Notes: generated from the letters alone by a model not told the origin. A DNA stretch of 64,000 nucleotides from an uncultured Nitrososphaerota archaeon (GCA_964618805.1 CAZUBM010000005.1:32094-96093); one strand, 5' to 3'; positions 50,125-59,485 are shown, counted from the first letter of the stretch. Program-made: numbers and translations.

Positions 50125-51132
50125 ATGGAAGGAGAATTTATTGTGAAACAAGATTGCGAACCCGGACCTTATGGTTTTTACCCAAAAAACAGGCCAATAG
50201 ACATGTACATCAACCATGGCATCATTAATCTGGATAAGCCTCAGGGACCTACTTCTCATTCAGTTACGCAAATAATAAGAAAGATTTTGAAGTTTTCAGG
50301 TAAAATAGGACATAGTGGGACCCTAGCGACCTCTTAGATCGATCTAAGAGGTCGGGGAGATCCCAAAGTAAGCGGAGTATTGCCCATTTTATTGGGAAAA
50401 GCAACAAAAATAGCAAAACTACTTACAAAGGCTGGTAAAGAATACGTTGGAGTTCTTTATCTCCACGGAGATGTCTCAGATGAAGCACTTCTTTCAGCAT
50501 TAGAGGAATTTAAAGGACTGATCTTTCAAAGGCCTCCCATTAAGTCCACAGTAAAGAGAAGATTAAGGACAAGACGGATCCACAACATAGAGTTTATCGA
50601 AAAACAGGATAGATATGTACTCTTAAGAGTTTCTGTAGAGGCAGGGACCTACATAAGAAAATTATTTCATGACATAGGGGAATTTTTAGGGTGTGGAGCT
50701 AGCATGAGAGAGCTCAGACGCACCAGAGCAGGTCCTTTAAGGGAGAGTGAAAGCATAACTCTCCAGGAATTAGAGAGAGCTGTTGTGATGTGGGAAGATG
50801 CTAGGGATGATACTTACTTAAGGGAGAGGATAAGGCCATTAGAGAGCATAGTAACGCAGCTATTGCCAAGAATTGTTGTTAAAGACACAGCTGTAGCTGC
50901 TATTGCCCATGGCGCTAGCGTTAAGATTCCTGGAATTTGTGCATTTTCTGGGGAGATAAGAAAAGGCGATCTTGTTGGAGTTTTTACCCTTAAGGGTGAA
51001 CTAATTGCCTTAGCTAGAGCCATAGTAAGTTCCGAAGAGCTTATTCAGTTAGATAAAGGCATCGCAGCCGAAACATCCAGAGTAATCATAGATAGAGATC
51101 TATATCCTGCTCTTTGGAAAAAGGATGAATAA
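50125..51132 (+). CDS. cbf5: Cbf5 pseudouridine synthase, two exons (50125-50326, 50360-51132)
   Basis: LDKPQGPTSH, GHSGTL|DPKVSGVLP restored after intron removal, KEYV, GTYIRK, ELRRTRAG, PUA domain. Confidence 0.95.
50327..50359 (+). other. 33-nt archaeal pre-mRNA intron with bulge-helix-bulge motif
   Basis: GGGA CCCU AG|C GACC...GGUC GGGG AG|A UCCC forms a canonical BHB; intron carries an in-frame UAG and a 28-nt perfect palindrome. Confidence 0.93.
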
Positions 51133-51163
51133 TTTTTTTAGCATTGAGCCCCTTCCAAATGTA

Positions 51164-51249
51164 GCCGGGGTGCCCTAGTCCGGTAGGGGGTCGGCCTGCT
51201 AAGCCGATGGCCCGTTCGGGCCGCGCGGGTTCAAATCCCGCCCCCGGCG
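51164..51249 (+). tRNA. tRNA-Ser(GCT)
   Basis: Acceptor GCCGGGG/CCCCGGC, anticodon arm TCGGC-CTGCTAA-GCCGA, long variable arm, GGTTCAAATCC. Confidence 0.95.
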
Positions 51250-51255
51250 TCGGTT

Positions 51256-51331
51256 GGGCCGGTGGTCTAGTGGCTATGACGCCGCCCTTACGAGGCGGAG
51301 GTCGAGGGTTCGATTCCCTCCCGGCCCACCA
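51256..51331 (+). tRNA. tRNA-Val(TAC)
   Basis: GGGCCGG/CCGGCCC, CCGCC-CTTACGA-GGCGG, GGTTCGATTCC, encoded CCA. Confidence 0.96.
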
Positions 51332-51360
51332 TTAAAGAAGTGGATCTTAGGTGATGGTTA

Positions 51361-51648
51361 ATGGCAAGGTACTCGGTCGAAAAACTGGCTCATAAGACTG
51401 TCGTCACGGATAAGGGGGCAGTCATAGGTAAAGTCGTCGATCTAATATGCGATGAATTGTCTGGCAAGATGCTATCGATTATAGTTGAAGAAATGAAGGG
51501 GTCAGAGAAAGCTATTACGAGACTTCTTATGAGGGATGCTGAGGGGAATTTGTTACTTCCCTATAGTACTGTAAGTAGCATTGGGGATATGGTAGTTGTT
51601 AGTGAAAAGTTACTACAGGTATATGCTGCTACCAAGAGAGGAAGATAA
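51361..51648 (+). CDS. PRC-barrel domain protein
   Basis: KTVVTDKGAVIGKVVDL..D..SG, LPYSTVSSIGDMVVV. Confidence 0.85.
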   Translation: MARYSVEKLAHKTVVTDKGAVIGKVVDLICDELSGKMLSIIVEEMKGSEKAITRLLMRDAEGNLLLPYSTVSSIGDMVVVSEKLLQVYAATKRGR

Positions 51649-51649
51649 G

Positions 51650-52009
51650 CTAACTCTTATGTAACTTTCTAGCTGCTATCATAGAATTAATTTCTGAGAA
51701 CATTAATCTAGTACATATTGCAGATAGCAATGAGAAGTTGTAGAGTTCGTTCAAAATACCGATATTTTTTACTCTAGAAAGATCGCTAACCATCTTAAAA
51801 GCTGTTTTCCATAAAGTTGAATCTCTGGTCCATAAAAGGGATTCCAGAAATGTTGAAGCTTGCTCGCTTATCTCTGATCTATATTTAAAGATCTCTTCTC
51901 GAGATGTGCTTTTTTCAATGATTCTAGCTATGTACTCTTTAAGCTTAGCATGGGCAAAGAGCGCTCTAGAAAAGTTGTCATGAACTGAATAAAGATGCAT
52001 TTGAAACAT
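51650..52009 (-). CDS. Hypothetical protein
   Basis: 119-aa ORF filling the gap between convergent and divergent neighbours; no motif recognised. Confidence 0.45.
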   Translation of the reverse strand: MFQMHLYSVHDNFSRALFAHAKLKEYIARIIEKSTSREEIFKYRSEISEQASTFLESLLWTRDSTLWKTAFKMVSDLSRVKNIGILNELYNFSLLSAICTRLMFSEINSMIAARKLHKS

Positions 52010-52082
52010 TAGATGAATTTCCTACCTTTTTAAGGGATTATATCGAAGGAAAGTTTAAGAACTTAAGAGTTCATGCAGGCAG

Positions 52083-52442
52083 ATGATGGACTTACATGTA
52101 AAGATAAATAGGGTTGAATTTGACAAAGCTCAAGCGGTCCACCGCTATTACATGAGTAGTAATGTAGCTGATGTTGTAATCGAGCTTCCTAAAAAAATTA
52201 AAAGGCTTAATGTCGGAGCGGAAGGGAGGATTATCCTATTTAAGTACGAGAAACAAGAAGTAGAATGTGAAAATGGACTTTTACTCTATGGTAAGGTTCT
52301 TTCTCTTCAAGATGAAAATAGAAAAGCCATTCTATCCTTTGGAGGATTAATAGCTCTGATTACATTGAAAAAAGAGGCATTTTCAGATATATCGGAAGGT
52401 TCGAGCGTATGCTTGTGCATGACGGGATTTGATACATGGTAA
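52083..52442 (+). CDS. rpo8: RNA polymerase subunit Rpo8 (RpoG, RPB8 ortholog)
   Basis: LLLYGKV...ILSFGGLI matches the RPB8 YGxxY...SFGGLL signature; about 120 aa beta-rich. Confidence 0.75.
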   Translation: MMDLHVKINRVEFDKAQAVHRYYMSSNVADVVIELPKKIKRLNVGAEGRIILFKYEKQEVECENGLLLYGKVLSLQDENRKAILSFGGLIALITLKKEAFSDISEGSSVCLCMTGFDTW

Positions 52443-52546
52443 AACTATTTTGTCAGAGGACTCCAATTTCATAATAGTCGATTTAAATTGCCTGTTTGGT
52501 CCTATAATTACAAAAACATCATCCGTTTAAACAGTACGATGTTATA

Positions 52547-53356
52547 ATGAATTGGGTATGTACTTATTGTGGTGGAGAGCTTGTTTGGTTTGAAGATCAT
52601 GCTGCCTGTAGCAAATGTGGACGTGTTCATGTGTTCCACAATATTAGGTGCGACGAATTCATAGAAAACCACGGTATAATCGGAGAAAGAGTCTATAAGA
52701 TCATAAAGAGACTGGGAGAAGAGATCGGTATCCCCTACAGGATACAGAAGAAGGCTTCATACATGCTAGGTAGGTTTCTACGAGAGAGCGGAGTAAAGGC
52801 TAGAAACAAGATCTATTATGCAGCTGCTGCATTAGTGCTGGCATCAAGAAATGATAACCATGTCGTAACAATCAAGGAAGTTAGAGCTGTACTTGAATCC
52901 ATGGGTTGCGCGTGTGGAGAACAAACCCTCATTAGAAAAATGAATGAAATAGAAAAGACACTAGGAATTAGAGGAGGAAACAGAAGATATGAGGCGTACA
53001 TAGCTTATGTACTTAGGAAATTGGATGAAGAAGGCTTACTTGCTAGGGGGAATTCTCTTAGATCCTATCTTCCAAGTCATTTTGATAGAATACAGATAAG
53101 AGCATTAAAGATTATAAAACTACTTTATTCAAGCGAATATGCTAGGTTCAATCTTCTTGGTAAAAGCCCGCTGATAGTTTCAGCAGCAGCAGTTTATATG
53201 GCCGCAAAACAATTAGGTTTAAGGAACATCACTCAAAAAGCGATTGCCAGAGCTATAAATAGTCATAAAACTGTCATTAGAAAAAGAGCTAAAATGCTTG
53301 CTATGATGCTGAATCAAGAGATATCCTCAAGGGGAATTGTGCGAAATGTCAAGTAA
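52547..53356 (+). CDS. Divergent transcription factor B (TFB/TFIIB) paralog
   Basis: CTYC...CSKCG Zn ribbon, cyclin repeats (YAAAALVLASR..VTIKEV; GKSPLIVSAAAVYMAA..ITQKAIA); no GPEWRAF B-reader. Confidence 0.8.
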   Translation: MNWVCTYCGGELVWFEDHAACSKCGRVHVFHNIRCDEFIENHGIIGERVYKIIKRLGEEIGIPYRIQKKASYMLGRFLRESGVKARNKIYYAAAALVLASRNDNHVVTIKEVRAVLESMGCACGEQTLIRKMNEIEKTLGIRGGNRRYEAYIAYVLRKLDEEGLLARGNSLRSYLPSHFDRIQIRALKIIKLLYSSEYARFNLLGKSPLIVSAAAVYMAAKQLGLRNITQKAIARAINSHKTVIRKRAKMLAMMLNQEISSRGIVRNVK

Positions 53357-55199
53357 TAGAAAAATAGCTGATCTATTTCCCTTTTTTCTCTTAGCTGTTT
53401 TGATTCTTTATGAAATCTATAAAAGAATTCTACCTTCATTAGAGGGTCTAGACATTAATATCATAATGTTTGCTGCTCTTACCGTGCTTCCCATCTTGTT
53501 TTTGTTCTTTAGGATAAGACTCTTTCGTAGCGATAGGATCGAGAAAATTTCTGATTTAGATGAAGTCTTATTCACTCAAGATAAAATTTTGATCCGGACT
53601 AAGGATAAACGGATTTTGATAAAGGCTCTGGAGCTAGATTCCTTCGAAAATACCGAACTAGAAGTAAATTTTACTCGAATAGCAGAGATATTAGCGCATA
53701 TGGGAATTAATTCTTCTCTGATTATGATGTGTTCTCCTAAAAAATACCAGAGACGTTGGATAGAGTTAGCAAAGAATTCTGAGGGAGATGGGAAGTTAGA
53801 GGTTTTTCAGAACAGAATAATTCTGCTATGGGTGGAAGAAGGTGACGTTGGGGACTTAAAAATAGCAAAATCAATGTTAGATCGAGCAGAAAGCACAATA
53901 AAAGCTAGATTAGGAGATAATTGGGAAGTAGAGCCCTTAAGGGGATCTCGTTTAAAAGAACTCTCAAATAGCCTTCTTTTTCGCTTTCAGCTAGCGTTGG
54001 GCCAACTAAGTCTTCGAGAAACCTTCTCAAAAGACTTAGTTGGCTCTCTATATCTAGAATTAGGTAGAAAGTCTAATGGTTCAACTGTAAAACTAAGCTT
54101 AAGGGATTTGTGCCACCATGTCGCAATTTTAGGAAGAACCGGTTCTGGAAAAACCACAACCTCTAAATTTTTGGTATCAAAGATATGGGAAGTTGGAGTT
54201 CCTGTTCTTATCTTCGACTATGAAAACGAATATAGAGATCTTGTCCTTATGCTTGGAGGTAGAGTGCTATCTCCTCCATTAGGAACGGCATCGATTAATG
54301 TATTAGAAGACCTTAAGGACGCCGATGAGACGACATTAGACAAAATTGTAGAGCAATTTGCTATTGTTTTGAATCTTACTCAACCACAAACATACCTGTT
54401 ACTAAAAGGGCTTCTTCACTTAAGAGAACAGATAACAGAAGGGGAGTCTCCCACACTTGTTGATTTATACGAGGAAATTGCTTCTTCTAGAAGCGTGGGT
54501 GAGGCAGAACAGGAAAGTAAAAGAGCTCTCTTGAGAAGAATTTATCCCTTGATTAGAGGGGAAGCTAGACAAATCCTATGTAAGGAGAACTTGCCAAGAA
54601 TAGAAGACATCATGAGTGGTCTGGTCAGCATAGACTTGAGGGATATAGTCACGCAAGGTGTAAGAGAAATCTTCGTCTTTACATTGCTAAGGAGGATTTA
54701 CCACTATAATAGGAAGAGGGGGAGAACGGGAAGTATTAGACATGTGACTGTGTTGGAGGAAGCTGAGAGAGTTTTACCTAGATTAACTGATCTCAGTGGA
54801 TTGACAATAGGAGATAGAATGGTCTCTGAACTTAGAAAATATGGAGAAGGTTTCATTGTGATCTCTCAGTCTCCTTTAAATCTCTCACCACACATCATAA
54901 GGAATGCTTCTACCAAGATCATTCATGCCTTGGGCTCGATGCAAGATGTATCTTTCATCCGCAGTTTGCTTGGACCTTCGGTAAAGGTTATAGAGGAAAT
55001 AATGCATCAGATCCATCATCTAAAAACTGGCGAGTGCTTTGTTGCGCTAAGAGACTCTGCCGAACTTCCACGAATTAGGATAAAGCCGGAGTATTTGCCA
55101 CCAGAATTAGAAGAGGAGGATGTTATCTATTTACTTTCATTAGCACCTAAGTTCTACCAGAAATGGAGGACAGAAGTCTTGAGATCCAAGTTGTCCTAA
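53337..55199 (+). CDS. Membrane-anchored HerA/VirB4-like ATPase (DUF87, CedB-like)
   Basis: Two N-terminal TM helices; HVAILGRTGSGKTT, IFDYENEY, VLEEAER, ELRKYG, ISQSP, IRNASTKIIH. Confidence 0.82.
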   Translation: MCEMSSNRKIADLFPFFLLAVLILYEIYKRILPSLEGLDINIIMFAALTVLPILFLFFRIRLFRSDRIEKISDLDEVLFTQDKILIRTKDKRILIKALELDSFENTELEVNFTRIAEILAHMGINSSLIMMCSPKKYQRRWIELAKNSEGDGKLEVFQNRIILLWVEEGDVGDLKIAKSMLDRAESTIKARLGDNWEVEPLRGSRLKELSNSLLFRFQLALGQLSLRETFSKDLVGSLYLELGRKSNGSTVKLSLRDLCHHVAILGRTGSGKTTTSKFLVSKIWEVGVPVLIFDYENEYRDLVLMLGGRVLSPPLGTASINVLEDLKDADETTLDKIVEQFAIVLNLTQPQTYLLLKGLLHLREQITEGESPTLVDLYEEIASSRSVGEAEQESKRALLRRIYPLIRGEARQILCKENLPRIEDIMSGLVSIDLRDIVTQGVREIFVFTLLRRIYHYNRKRGRTGSIRHVTVLEEAERVLPRLTDLSGLTIGDRMVSELRKYGEGFIVISQSPLNLSPHIIRNASTKIIHALGSMQDVSFIRSLLGPSVKVIEEIMHQIHHLKTGECFVALRDSAELPRIRIKPEYLPPELEEEDVIYLLSLAPKFYQKWRTEVLRSKLS

Positions 55200-55776
55200 A
55201 AGACCAATTCGCTTGCTTCCAAGGCTTCTCCTCGGTTGGAAAGTCCTTTGATGTAATCTTATCTAATATCATAGTCGCTACCTCATTAATGCTTTTACAG
55301 GATGTATCTATTACCATTATCTTACTTTTATTAAAGATCTCAAATACTTCTAAGAGTATCTGATTCAGAAATTCTGAAACAGCATTCTCAGCAGCTTTCC
55401 TAAATGAAAGTCCTTTTGATAAAACTCTGTTGAATAAAATTAAGGGATCACATGTCAACACGACAATTAGATCCATCTCTATATCTTGAAGTGCTCCTAG
55501 CAGGTGTGTATCTACAATACATGTAGTTCCTTTTTGTTTATTTTTCCCTATTATATCCCTAAGTTTATCTTTTAGAGCATTTTCGTTTACGATGTATGTA
55601 TCTCTGTATTTGTCATAACCTAAAAAGAGTTTTTCCTCCACTACCAATGATCTGACATCTATAACTCTTCCCCCTAAAAGAGCGGCAAGTTTCTCAGAAA
55701 CGCTTGTCTTTCCCACTCCCGGAGTTCCAGTTATGCATATTACGAGGTATTGTCTCGCATCTTTCGTGGTTTTCAC
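55147..55776 (-). CDS. Adenylate kinase, AK6/Fap7 type
   Basis: ITGTPGVGKTS, IVDTH (hhDxH), VLTCDP, ENAVSE, IDT. Confidence 0.85.
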   Translation of the reverse strand: MKTTKDARQYLVICITGTPGVGKTSVSEKLAALLGGRVIDVRSLVVEEKLFLGYDKYRDTYIVNENALKDKLRDIIGKNKQKGTTCIVDTHLLGALQDIEMDLIVVLTCDPLILFNRVLSKGLSFRKAAENAVSEFLNQILLEVFEIFNKSKIMVIDTSCKSINEVATMILDKITSKDFPTEEKPWKQANWSFRTTWISRLLSSISGRT

Positions 55777-55827
55777 AGAAAGGTAGTTATATCAAGTTTT
55801 AAATAAGATATCTTATGAAAAAATAAT

Positions 55828-55905
55828 GCTCCGGTGGTGTAGTCCGGTCAAGCATAGGGGCCTCTCGAGCCCCAGACCCGGGTTCAAATCCCGGCCGGAG
55901 CACCA
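55828..55905 (+). tRNA. tRNA-Glu(CTC)
   Basis: GCTCCGG/CCGGAGC, GGGGC-CTCTCGA-GCCCC, GGTTCAAATCC, encoded CCA; TTTTAAAT TATA at 55797. Confidence 0.96.
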
Positions 55906-55924
55906 TTCTAATAACAATCGGTAT

Positions 55925-56311
55925 CTAGTAGTTTGGCGGGCCAAAAACGGTTATAATTGGATCAAATTTAAAGTGTTTTAACAGCAATAGATACACAGAT
56001 ATAACTAAAATAGCGGCTGCTATCAACTGAATGGGTCTTTTATTGTAGATTGGAATGAAGAAGAATAATCCGTTAATTAGAGCGAAAAATAAGTAGTATA
56101 GAAGCAATATTCTCTCTACAGCCAGCATCCACTGCAAGAATACCCAGACCGAAAATTCAGCTATTAAAAATGCCGTTAGGAAAGACATTGAACCAAGTAT
56201 AGCTCCATATACTATTTCTAACAGAACAAACTTCGTCTTATAAGGAAGTTTTATCCTTGGAACGCCTCTCTTTCCTCTGCGACTCCAGGTCTTAAAACTC
56301 AATTTATTCAC
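55925..56311 (-). CDS. Hypothetical membrane protein
   Basis: 3-4 hydrophobic segments; GTG 56311 overlapping the pyrH stop preferred over 56377. Confidence 0.6.
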   Translation of the reverse strand: MNKLSFKTWSRRGKRGVPRIKLPYKTKFVLLEIVYGAILGSMSFLTAFLIAEFSVWVFLQWMLAVERILLLYYLFFALINGLFFFIPIYNKRPIQLIAAAILVISVYLLLLKHFKFDPIITVFGPPNY

Positions 56312-56987
56312 CACAAACCAGTGTTCCAATACTCTGACCTTCAATAACTTTAAGGATATTTTTAGGATCTTTGCCATGAACTATTCGGCAAGGAATGTTA
56401 CTTCTTTCTAAGATCTTTAGAGCTATTGGGTCGATTAATTCATAAGTACCGGGATCATAGGAATATTCTGCAATTATTTTTCTAGCTTGTGGATACGTAA
56501 TTTTTGGGATTAATTTAGCTCCGGCCTTGGTCGGATATCTATCGTAGATTCCCTCCGTAGATGTCATCTTTATCATAAGATCTGAATGTAGGTACTCCGA
56601 GATTAACGCTGCAACAGCATCAGTTGATTGACCTGGGCTCATTCCTCCGCAAACAACTATCTTGCCTGAAAGGAAGGCTGATAGATAATCCTTATAATTG
56701 GTTGGAGGATGCGGATATGCCCTATCTCCTAAGGCTGAGATCAAAAGGTACGCATTTAGCCGTGTACATAAGATCCCTATGTCGTCAAGGATTGATTTAG
56801 GAGCTCCTAATGATTTTGCAAGACCTATATAGTTCCTTGCAAGTTTTCCCCCACCAGATACTATAGCAAACTCATGGCCTTTTTTATTTGCTTCCAGTAT
56901 TGTACGTACGTACTCATCAATAAGCTTCGTATCTTCTTGAATGATCTTATCAAAAACATATCCCCCAATTAGCAATGTAACCCTCAA
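56304..56987 (-). CDS. pyrH: UMP kinase
   Basis: VSGGGKLARNYI, DDIGI..TRLNA, PGQSTDAVAA, EGIYD, DPIA; TTG 56987 after GAGGTGA SD. Confidence 0.93.
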   Translation of the reverse strand: MRVTLLIGGYVFDKIIQEDTKLIDEYVRTILEANKKGHEFAIVSGGGKLARNYIGLAKSLGAPKSILDDIGILCTRLNAYLLISALGDRAYPHPPTNYKDYLSAFLSGKIVVCGGMSPGQSTDAVAALISEYLHSDLMIKMTSTEGIYDRYPTKAGAKLIPKITYPQARKIIAEYSYDPGTYELIDPIALKILERSNIPCRIVHGKDPKNILKVIEGQSIGTLVCGE

Positions 56988-56991
56988 AAAA

Positions 56992-57975
56992 TCACCTCGC
57001 AGGGAATAACCTAATTGGCTTATCAAGTCTAGATAACAAAACTATTCCGCTCTCTGGAGCCTCTGAGAGAATTTTATATCCTGTCTTCTCTGATAACCTT
57101 TCAGCAAATTCTCTAACCTCTGCATGAGATGGACTGGCTTCTCTAGGAAGTCTTCTGCGGGAATATCCTACGTAGGTGTATGATTTTGGTTCAACGTACG
57201 TTGGGCTGTATTTGTTGATGAGTGCTGCATAACCATCCGGATTTGACATATTAAGTCCTCTCACAAGAGTAATCCTCATGACCGTGGGACATGAAAAGGA
57301 TTGTAATAACTCGAGGGATCTTAGAAGCCTCTGCCAAGCATCAGGCCATAAAGGTCTTGTAACCCTTTTGTATAGGTTCTCTTCCCATGCCGGTACGCTT
57401 ATGTAAAGCTGACTTGGTTCTGTAGACAATTCTTCTAATCTTTCCGGCAGAGTTCCATTTGTTACTATAAATGTAGTCATTCCTCTTTTCTTGTAAGCTG
57501 CGACAAGCTCTCCAATGAAGGGATATAAGGTTGGCTCTCCTGTTAGAGAAATAGCTGCATGAGCAGGAATTTCGGCCTCATACAGCCATTCCCTATTGAA
57601 GACTTTTACACCCTTGTACCCTTGAACCAGAAGCCTGTGTAATTTGATGCTTTCTTCTGCTATTTCCTCTGGATCGTCCCATACTTCATCAGGATCAGGG
57701 ACTTCTTTCCAACGAAACCTAGGAGGGACATCGCTTGCATTTAACCGCCAGCAATATATGCATTGAGAATTGCAGAAAGAAGCTGTTGGAGTCATTTGAA
57801 GACACCTCCAAGTAGGTATTCCGTAGAATTTGTGTTTATAGCAGGTCCGGCCTTTCATTAGAGCTTCTCTGAACCAATAACATGGTTTGACAGCTGAGTG
57901 ATTCAACACTATCTTGTATCCTTGCCTCTCAAGCATTCGTCTAGCATATTCCTGAACAACGACTCTTTTAGACAA
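56992..57975 (-). CDS. taw1: 4-demethylwyosine synthase Taw1/TYW1 (radical SAM)
   Basis: HSAVKPC.W, CYKHKFYGI, CNSQCIYCWR, HAAISLTGEP, EPKSY. Confidence 0.95.
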   Translation of the reverse strand: MSKRVVVQEYARRMLERQGYKIVLNHSAVKPCYWFREALMKGRTCYKHKFYGIPTWRCLQMTPTASFCNSQCIYCWRLNASDVPPRFRWKEVPDPDEVWDDPEEIAEESIKLHRLLVQGYKGVKVFNREWLYEAEIPAHAAISLTGEPTLYPFIGELVAAYKKRGMTTFIVTNGTLPERLEELSTEPSQLYISVPAWEENLYKRVTRPLWPDAWQRLLRSLELLQSFSCPTVMRITLVRGLNMSNPDGYAALINKYSPTYVEPKSYTYVGYSRRRLPREASPSHAEVREFAERLSEKTGYKILSEAPESGIVLLSRLDKPIRLFPAR

Positions 57976-58051
57976 GGCTCTCCTATGAAAAATATGGGGG
58001 TGTTTCGATTAAAAATAAAGACTTAATAAACCTGGTTGCTCCAAACAAGAG

Positions 58052-58669
58052 ATGCCTCCTTTAAAAGCAAAGAGAGAAATCATTAGAGATATTTTTAAAC
58101 GTATAAGGGCTAGGTTGGATGAGTTAGATGAAGCTAGAAACAAAGTTCTCAATGATCGGAGAGATTTATTATCTTCTTGCAGAAAAGCAATGAATTTGAT
58201 TCATTCAGGCGAGATTTCAGAGGCTAGAGAGACAGCAATCGTTGTTAAAGAAAGGATTGCAGAAATAGAAAGGATATATTCAGATAAAGAAATGTCTTGT
58301 TTGATTAGTAGCATTTTGAGACCTGTAAAACAGGAATTGGTAGAAGTTTGGCTTTTATTATCTATAATTGAGGGGCAATCGATTCCTAGCCCAGATGATT
58401 TGGGTGTAGGAGTGATTAGCTATGCTTTGGGTCTTGCAGATACAATCGGTGAACTCAGAAGGGAGATCTTGATTGCTATTAGTAATAACAGGCTAAAATT
58501 AGCTGAGGAATTTTTGGAATGGATGCAGATTTTGCTAGAGGAAATCTCACAGCTAGCCTATCCAGATTCTCTAATTCCAATAAGACATAAGATTGATGTA
58601 GGAAGATCGTTGTTAGATAAGACCTTTTCCGAGCTTTTATTTTATAAAAGAAGCAGTTCTCTACTGTGA
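58052..58669 (+). CDS. Translin/Trax family protein
   Basis: QELVE, IPSPDDLGV, YALGLADTIGELRR, RHKIDV. Confidence 0.88.
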   Translation: MPPLKAKREIIRDIFKRIRARLDELDEARNKVLNDRRDLLSSCRKAMNLIHSGEISEARETAIVVKERIAEIERIYSDKEMSCLISSILRPVKQELVEVWLLLSIIEGQSIPSPDDLGVGVISYALGLADTIGELRREILIAISNNRLKLAEEFLEWMQILLEEISQLAYPDSLIPIRHKIDVGRSLLDKTFSELLFYKRSSSLL

Positions 58670-58690
58670 CTATCCAAATAGTAAAGTCTG

Positions 58691-59485
58691 GTGAAAGCAA
58701 TGAATGATGAAATCGCTGGGATGAAAGCAAGGACTCAATACCTACTAATAGAACTCGTTAAGCTATCAGGACATGTGCGTCCAGTTAGTAGCAAGATGCT
58801 CATAAATAACTTAAAGATTTCAAAAGCCACTTTGAGTAGATGGCTTCGAGAAGCCTATGATTCTGGCTATATTGTAATAGAAAGAGGAAAGAAGGGAGAA
58901 TACCTTGTTAAGCTAAATGATAAGGGATATAGAGCTCTGCGAAGAATTTACAGCGTCCTGGATGCGGTATTTTCCACTCGTTCACTTGAGGGGAGATTAA
59001 TCGTTAAGGGACAGGTATTTACTGGTATGGGAGAAGGCGCTTACTATGTAATGCGCAAGGGATACCTAAAGGCTTTTGAGGAACTCTTGGGAAAATCTCC
59101 CTTCCCAGGTACTCTGAACTTAAGAATAAGTGCTGCTAAAGATGTTGAGATAATTCGTAAATGGAGAGTTTCATGTCCTGCAGCAATTTACATACCAGGA
59201 TTCAGGGAGGAGGGAAGGACCTTCGGCTTTGTAGTAGCTCTCCCAATTAGAATCAATAATAGCTTGACTTGTTATGCCATTTATGCTGAAAGGCGTCACT
59301 ATAGCGATGAAGTGCTGGAGATCATAAGTGACAAGAATCTCAGAGAAGAATTGAGTCTTAGGGATGGGGATATAGTATCTGTACAGTTACTGTTAGAGAG
59401 GCCTATATTTCAAAAGAAGATGGTGGGCCGGGAGGGAATCGAACCCTCGACCTCCGCCTCGTCAAGGCGGCGTCATAGCCACTAG
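58691..59485 (+). CDS. ribK: CTP-dependent riboflavin kinase with N-terminal winged HTH (RbkR-like)
   Basis: wHTH ISKATLSRWL; GMGEGAYY, PFPGTLN, LEIIS..NLRE..L.DGD; last ~21 codons lie antisense to a tRNA. Confidence 0.9.
   Translation: MKAMNDEIAGMKARTQYLLIELVKLSGHVRPVSSKMLINNLKISKATLSRWLREAYDSGYIVIERGKKGEYLVKLNDKGYRALRRIYSVLDAVFSTRSLEGRLIVKGQVFTGMGEGAYYVMRKGYLKAFEELLGKSPFPGTLNLRISAAKDVEIIRKWRVSCPAAIYIPGFREEGRTFGFVVALPIRINNSLTCYAIYAERRHYSDEVLEIISDKNLREELSLRDGDIVSVQLLLERPIFQKKMVGREGIEPSTSASSRRRHSH

Noticed and set aside
55803-55816. 14-bp palindrome ATAAGATATCTTAT between TATA and tRNA-Glu
   Set aside because: AT-rich, single copy, no second instance found to support an operator
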